A stretch of DNA of 64,000 bases. Origin: an uncultured virus (IMG/VR IMGVR_UViG_3300035188_001343). Lineage: Duplodnaviria; Heunggongvirae; Uroviricota; Caudoviricetes. The notes below the pieces were generated by a model. That model was not told the origin of the DNA. It did not search any database and saw only the letters and a program-made list of their open reading frames with translations. Where the stretch lies: the IMG/VR virus record IMGVR_UViG_3300035188_001343; one strand, given 5' to 3'. The position numbers and the translations under genes are program-made. Positions 59,165-64,000 of this stretch are shown here, piece by piece. Position 1 is the stretch's first letter. Each line of letters opens with the position of its first letter.

Positions 59165-59731
59165 ATGCTTACAAAAAATGATATAATTCAAAAAGTTAAA
59201 GATGATCTATATTTAACGGGTAAACAAACCATTATGAATAATTTACCTGAAAATCAAAATGCCCTATTTATTGGTAAATTACGAGTGCCAACATCTGCAC
59301 ATATAGGTATTATCGAAAGTGCTCTTAAAAAGTTTAATCAGGTGGTTGTTTGTATAGTAAAATCTGCAAAAGACGACAAAGAAAGTTTACCATTTGAAAC
59401 ACAGGAAAAACTACTTGATTCAATATTTGGTGATAAAATTACAGTTATTTCTTATTCGACTGGAAATATAACTTCAATTATAAACAAATCACCAAAAAAA
59501 GTTAGGTATCTGTTAGCGGGTTCTGATAGAGTGGAAGGATACAAAACTCAGTTAGAAAAGCACCCATCTATTTCAATTGTTGAAACATCACGTGATCTTG
59601 AAGATGATGACAATGTTTCAGCTACAAAGGCTATTGATGCTATTAAATCTGGTGATAGAGAAACTTTTAAAAAAATGATGGATAAAAGAACCTGGTCATG
59701 GTTTGATAAATTACAGGAGACATTTAAATGA
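59165..59731 (+). CDS. cytidylyltransferase-like (HxGH superfamily) protein
   Basis: FIGKLRVPTSAH, LAGSDRV, VSATK. Confidence 0.75.
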   Translation: MLTKNDIIQKVKDDLYLTGKQTIMNNLPENQNALFIGKLRVPTSAHIGIIESALKKFNQVVVCIVKSAKDDKESLPFETQEKLLDSIFGDKITVISYSTGNITSIINKSPKKVRYLLAGSDRVEGYKTQLEKHPSISIVETSRDLEDDDNVSATKAIDAIKSGDRETFKKMMDKRTWSWFDKLQETFK

Positions 59732-60111
59732 AATTACAAGATTTGAATGGTGAAATGTTGATTGAAATGAATTTACATCATGTATCTACTCACGTATCTA
59801 ACAAAGCTAAAAAGATAACTGATAATACAAAAAATACTCTACTAACAATTAAAAAAGTACTTGTTGATGAGTTTAACGACAACATTGCTGCATTTAAGGT
59901 GTTAAAAAATAAATTCAAAGAGAAAGACTCAGTTAATGTCGAAGATTTTAAAAAAGCATTGGAACAAATATTTGTTGATAATACCAAGTTACTAACCATT
60001 GCAGGTATTAGTGTTTTACCTGGTAGTGCATTAACTCTACCATTAGTAATGAAATTCGCAAAAAAAATTGGAATAAATCTTGTTCCGTCAAAAACATACG
60101 AATCATTATAA
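59728..60111 (+). CDS. hypothetical protein with LETM1-like hydrophobic motif
   Basis: ISVLPGSALTLPLV...LVPS. Confidence 0.5.
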   Translation: MKLQDLNGEMLIEMNLHHVSTHVSNKAKKITDNTKNTLLTIKKVLVDEFNDNIAAFKVLKNKFKEKDSVNVEDFKKALEQIFVDNTKLLTIAGISVLPGSALTLPLVMKFAKKIGINLVPSKTYESL

Positions 60112-60177
60112 GATATGTTACCCAATTATAATCCTTATAGTATAATTAATTGATCGATTATACTATAAGGATTTTTT

Positions 60178-60417
60178 ATGTTACACACAAAGAAATTTAC
60201 TGTTATGAAATGGTTTGCTTCATTCACAGGATTCATCGGGGCAATGTTGATAGCCTTACATATTGATGAATCAAAATACGCATTCTTCATTTTTTTAAGT
60301 TCATCGACAATATGGATTTACGCTGGTATAATCATGAAAGAATATAGTATCGTATTTCTTAATATAGGGTTTATGACCGTTGATCTAATAGGCATTTACA
60401 GGTGGATTTTGCAATAG
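60178..60417 (+). CDS. small 3-TM membrane protein (half-PnuC-like)
   Basis: Three hydrophobic helices, ends GIYRW; AAGGA RBS. Confidence 0.5.
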   Translation: MLHTKKFTVMKWFASFTGFIGAMLIALHIDESKYAFFIFLSSSTIWIYAGIIMKEYSIVFLNIGFMTVDLIGIYRWILQ

Positions 60418-60463
60418 TTAATGTAAAATATAGTATAAAAATACGAACATAATTGGAAATAAT

Positions 60464-61789
60464 ATGAATAAAAATAAAGAGTTAGAATTAGAATATTCTA
60501 TCAGTGGTTTTTGTGCGTCTTTTAGGTTAGGAACCCCATTTAAAGATTTTGAGGAAGGTATTTCCCGAAATCTTATTCCTGCATCACAATATCTCAAAGA
60601 TAAATTAAATGATCATGTTAAAATGTCTGGTCTTTTTAATGCTTTCACGGAAGAAACATTTGCAAATAGAGTTGAGGAATCTGGTCATAATTTCCAAGAT
60701 TTGTTTCCCGATAATATGTATGCTGATAGTGGTGGTTTACAGGTACTTACGCAAGGGAAGATGATTGATGCAGCAATGAAGAAAAAAATCTATACAACTC
60801 AAGCAAAATATGCAAATTATGCAATGAGTTTTGATGAGATGCCATTTAAAATGGTTGATGGACAAAAAATATATTTACCAGATAGAGTTTCGATATGTGG
60901 CACTATGGCTGGTGAAAATTTAAAAGAGCAGATTGAATTTTTTGATAGTATCGATTCCAAAACTAAAATTTTTCCAATTATTCAAGGATTGGGTCTCAAA
61001 GATATGAGTACCTATACCTTGAACATGTTGAATGTTTTAGATAAACAACAACTCAGTAAATTAGAATGTCTCGCCGTTGGTGGTATTCAGTCGGAATTTG
61101 AATTATTAGAACGATCGGTTAATATATATAAAATTGATGGGATACCAAAAAAAATTAAAAATCATTTTCACGTTTTGGGTGTAACAGGATTTAGAAAATT
61201 ATTGCCTATTATGATTGGTGCCAGAAATGGTTTACTTCCTGATATTGGAAGACTAAGTTTTGATTCAACCACATTTTCTAAAAGTTATTTGTTGGGCAAC
61301 ATACAACCAACATTGTCGGATATTAAAAAAGGTTCTCCAAAAAGAAGTTTGGGAAAAGTTAGAGACGCATTTGTGGAAGATTATTACCAGCAAATGTGGG
61401 ATTTTTGGAAAGATATTCCTGAAAATGTGTTTTATAGTGTTGAGGACATGATTGAACACAGTTGTTTTAATTCCAAAGGTTTAACTACAGCAGCACAACA
61501 ATATAAGGAGTTGGGTGCCGAACATGGTATCAAAACAATTACTCAAAAATATGTGTATGTATATTATAATACATTTAAATTCTTAGAAATTTTAGAAGGA
61601 TATTTAAAAAATGAAATAATCTTATCTGATTTTATGGGAAACTATAAACAATTGAGTTTATTACAGGCTTTAGAAGATGTTAAAAATACAAAAGATTTCG
61701 AACAATGGTATAGTTCGGTGAGAAAATCTACAAAGGTAGATAAAAAATCAGTTGATGATGGTGAATCAACTACCGACTTTTTATTTTAA
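60464..61789 (+). CDS. TGT/DpdA-family guanine transglycosylase-like protein, paralogue 1
   Basis: YADSGGLQ, MSFDEMP, PIIQG, AVGG, HVLGV, SFDST. Confidence 0.82.
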   Translation: MNKNKELELEYSISGFCASFRLGTPFKDFEEGISRNLIPASQYLKDKLNDHVKMSGLFNAFTEETFANRVEESGHNFQDLFPDNMYADSGGLQVLTQGKMIDAAMKKKIYTTQAKYANYAMSFDEMPFKMVDGQKIYLPDRVSICGTMAGENLKEQIEFFDSIDSKTKIFPIIQGLGLKDMSTYTLNMLNVLDKQQLSKLECLAVGGIQSEFELLERSVNIYKIDGIPKKIKNHFHVLGVTGFRKLLPIMIGARNGLLPDIGRLSFDSTTFSKSYLLGNIQPTLSDIKKGSPKRSLGKVRDAFVEDYYQQMWDFWKDIPENVFYSVEDMIEHSCFNSKGLTTAAQQYKELGAEHGIKTITQKYVYVYYNTFKFLEILEGYLKNEIILSDFMGNYKQLSLLQALEDVKNTKDFEQWYSSVRKSTKVDKKSVDDGESTTDFLF

Positions 61790-61826
61790 AATAACAATCC
61801 CACTTTAAAAGTTAATTATTAAAATT

Positions 61827-63383
61827 ATGACTAAAGCAACTAAATTTATAAGCGGAATTGAATTAGAATATGTCTCAGGTTCCTTCACAGGATTAATAAA
61901 AATACCAAACAAAAACAAGGAAATTGAAAAAGAAAACATTGCTGACGCATCAAAGTTAATTACTTTTATCCATAAAAAACTTAAAGGTTATTTTACATTG
62001 TCATCCTTATTCAACGCTTATCAAGAAGAAAAAGATGGTAAATTAATCAATGATAATGATAGATTTAATCATACCTCATTATATGCAGATAGTGGTGGAT
62101 TACAGGTAATCACCGCAGGTAAAACCATCAATGATGAGGTAAAAGAAAAAGTTTATAAAACTCAAGCAATGTATTGTGATTATGCTATGACATTCGATGA
62201 AATGCCTGTAAAAATTGTTAAGGAGTTAGCAACTGGTTCGGTTGCAGGTGCTGACGGTCAGGTATTCATAGATGAATTGATTTCGATTTCTGCAAAAAAA
62301 TCAGCAAAACATATACAGAAGCAGATAGATATGTTTGAAGAATTAAAAACAAACACTAAAATAATGCCTATTTTACACGGATACAGTGGTGAGACATTCA
62401 TTGAATATGCACAAACAATTTTAAATGAATTGCACCATATAGGGGATCATATTCAAGGTGTTGCCATTGCATCATTAAGAGGTCACGCAGACAATAAAGT
62501 TGGTATGATGAAAGTATTCGATTATGTACCCAAAGTTATCAATAGTGAAAAAATACCATCGGAGTATAAAAAACATGTGCATTTATTAGGTGTGGGTGCA
62601 CATCAACGATTACTACCTGCATTGATGATGGTTAAAAAGGGTATTTTACCTATTGAAAAACTATCATTTGATTCTACAAAAATTATGAAATCATACACTT
62701 ACGGTAAAGTTTTTCAATCTGTAGAGGAACTTATTAACCCAAAAAATTTTAATCCTGTGTTGACATTAAAAAAGTATGATGATAAAACACAACCAAACAT
62801 TAAACAATTCTACGAGAATGTACATAATTTATTTTTCGATTACGATGATTATGTTTTTTCAGATTGGGAAGATTTAGCGAAACATTCCCAGAATAATGGT
62901 GAACCTATTACTATGGGAAAACAATTTGAAAAGTATGGTGTGGAATATGAACGAAAATATTTATCACAGGTTCGGTATGCAACCATGTACCACATTTATA
63001 CGTTCTTGTCCGTTTGTGAGGCATATTTAGATGATGAATTAACCATTGAAAACATTATGGGGTATAATGATAGTATTTTGCACATATTTCAAAAATTTGA
63101 TTCTGTTAGTACACATGAGCAATTTGCTGAAGTATGTGATTATTTTTATACTACTGCGAAAACTGGCAGAACCGATTTAAGAATTGTAAAATGTAAAACA
63201 TTAAAAGAATTTGAGGAACGATTCGAACATAACCGGGTTGATAGTTATTTGGAACTGGGTATTGAAAAAGACGTAGAAATTCTAAATGAGGAATTAAAAA
63301 AACCATGGATAAAAACCTCAATGAAACGAGCAAAGGTAGTTGATTATTCGAATGAAATTCATCCCAGTGATGGATTGTTTTGA
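61827..63383 (+). CDS. TGT/DpdA-family guanine transglycosylase-like protein, paralogue 2
   Basis: YADSGGLQ, MTFDEMP, PILHG, HVHLLGVG, SFDST. Confidence 0.82.
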   Translation: MTKATKFISGIELEYVSGSFTGLIKIPNKNKEIEKENIADASKLITFIHKKLKGYFTLSSLFNAYQEEKDGKLINDNDRFNHTSLYADSGGLQVITAGKTINDEVKEKVYKTQAMYCDYAMTFDEMPVKIVKELATGSVAGADGQVFIDELISISAKKSAKHIQKQIDMFEELKTNTKIMPILHGYSGETFIEYAQTILNELHHIGDHIQGVAIASLRGHADNKVGMMKVFDYVPKVINSEKIPSEYKKHVHLLGVGAHQRLLPALMMVKKGILPIEKLSFDSTKIMKSYTYGKVFQSVEELINPKNFNPVLTLKKYDDKTQPNIKQFYENVHNLFFDYDDYVFSDWEDLAKHSQNNGEPITMGKQFEKYGVEYERKYLSQVRYATMYHIYTFLSVCEAYLDDELTIENIMGYNDSILHIFQKFDSVSTHEQFAEVCDYFYTTAKTGRTDLRIVKCKTLKEFEERFEHNRVDSYLELGIEKDVEILNEELKKPWIKTSMKRAKVVDYSNEIHPSDGLF

Positions 63384-63440
63384 AAATATAGTATAATTTA
63401 AAATAACATAATATTAAAAATAAAAAATTGGAGTATTAAT

Positions 63441-64000
63441 ATGATGGCTTTAACTGAGGTTTTCTGCTCAATTCAAGGGGAAGGTAGTAGTGCAGGCAAC
63501 ATTTCAATTTTCATTAGATTTTCGGGATGCAACTTTCAATGTCCGGGTTTTGGAGTGGAATATACAAACCCAAAAACGGGTGAAACGAAAAGGGGATGTG
63601 ATAGTTTTTATTCGGTTGATCCAGCATTTAAAAAAACATGGGATTATGTTGAAACTTTTGAAGAAATTGTGGATCTTGTTGATGCAATTATGCCAAAATA
63701 TCCAAAGGCACTTTTAACAAAACCCGATATTGTTATTACAGGCGGGGAACCAACAATAGCTTGGAAAAATCCAGAATTTCAAAAGTTGTTGGCTTATTAT
63801 ATATCAAGAAACCATGAGGTAACTATTGAAACTAATGCAAGTTTATACATTGAATTTAAAAGAGAATATCAAAGAAAAGTTAAATTTTCAATGAGTGTTA
63901 AACTAGCTGTTAGTGGTGAACCAGAACATAAAAGAATTAATATAGATAATATTACCAATATCGTTGAAAATTCACCACAAAGTTATTTAAAATTTGTAGT
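63441..64000 (+). CDS. queE: 7-carboxy-7-deazaguanine synthase (radical SAM), truncated by window end
   Basis: GGAG RBS; MMALTEVFCSIQGEG...FIRFSGCNFQCPGFG...GCDS...VITGGEP...TIETN; open to the end of the window; missing from the ORF track. Confidence 0.93.
   Translation, partial: MMALTEVFCSIQGEGSSAGNISIFIRFSGCNFQCPGFGVEYTNPKTGETKRGCDSFYSVDPAFKKTWDYVETFEEIVDLVDAIMPKYPKALLTKPDIVITGGEPTIAWKNPEFQKLLAYYISRNHEVTIETNASLYIEFKREYQRKVKFSMSVKLAVSGEPEHKRINIDNITNIVENSPQSYLKFV

Noticed and set aside
2165..63333. Numerous 60-135 aa antisense or nested ORFs in the track (e.g. 4833-5057, 12767-13141, 37745-38152, 54686-55075)
   Set aside because: They lie within well-supported longer genes, lack RBSs and show the Phe/Ser/Ile-rich composition typical of antisense shadows.
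63490..63717. 75-aa ORF from the track
   Set aside because: It is an out-of-frame shadow inside queE, which starts at 63441.
1..64000. tRNA or rRNA genes
   Set aside because: No cloverleaf with a T-loop GTTCRA in context and no rRNA-like stretch was recognised by eye; tRNAscan-SE or Infernal would be needed to exclude them.

Overview
AT-rich, densely coded segment of a large T4-like (jumbo) phage genome. It carries terminase, UvsX/RecA, family B DNA polymerase, a probable clamp-loader small subunit, a gp32-like SSB, RNase H and T4-type TAAATA late-promoter motifs. The main signal is pervasive fragmentation of core genes, with pieces apparently rejoined at the protein level by different routes. 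(1) UvsX/RecA is in three ORFs joined by two different split inteins; one has an 18-aa IntN and an HTH-bearing IntC. (2) A middle terminase fragment has IntC-extein-IntN topology, and its partners are outside the window. (3) The DNA polymerase is cut just before motif A with no intein; the two pieces lie 8.4 kb apart and end in charge-complementary heptad coiled-coil tails. (4) An RlaP/NrdC.11-type nucleotidyltransferase is split inside a conserved motif. Accessory cargo includes a complete Fe3+ ABC transporter operon, a NadE / 2OG-Fe(II) / NadD-PRTase operon, an Acb1-like 2H phosphoesterase, two TGT/DpdA-like paralogues followed by queE (7-deazaguanine modification), a ParM-like ATPase and two families of free-standing endonucleases. 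A set of late genes shares an MKxxxLxE-like leader that suggests capsid packaging. A frameshifted gp38-like adhesin gene, missed by the ORF track, lies antisense inside the uvsX locus. All calls come from motif recognition by eye; no database searches were run.
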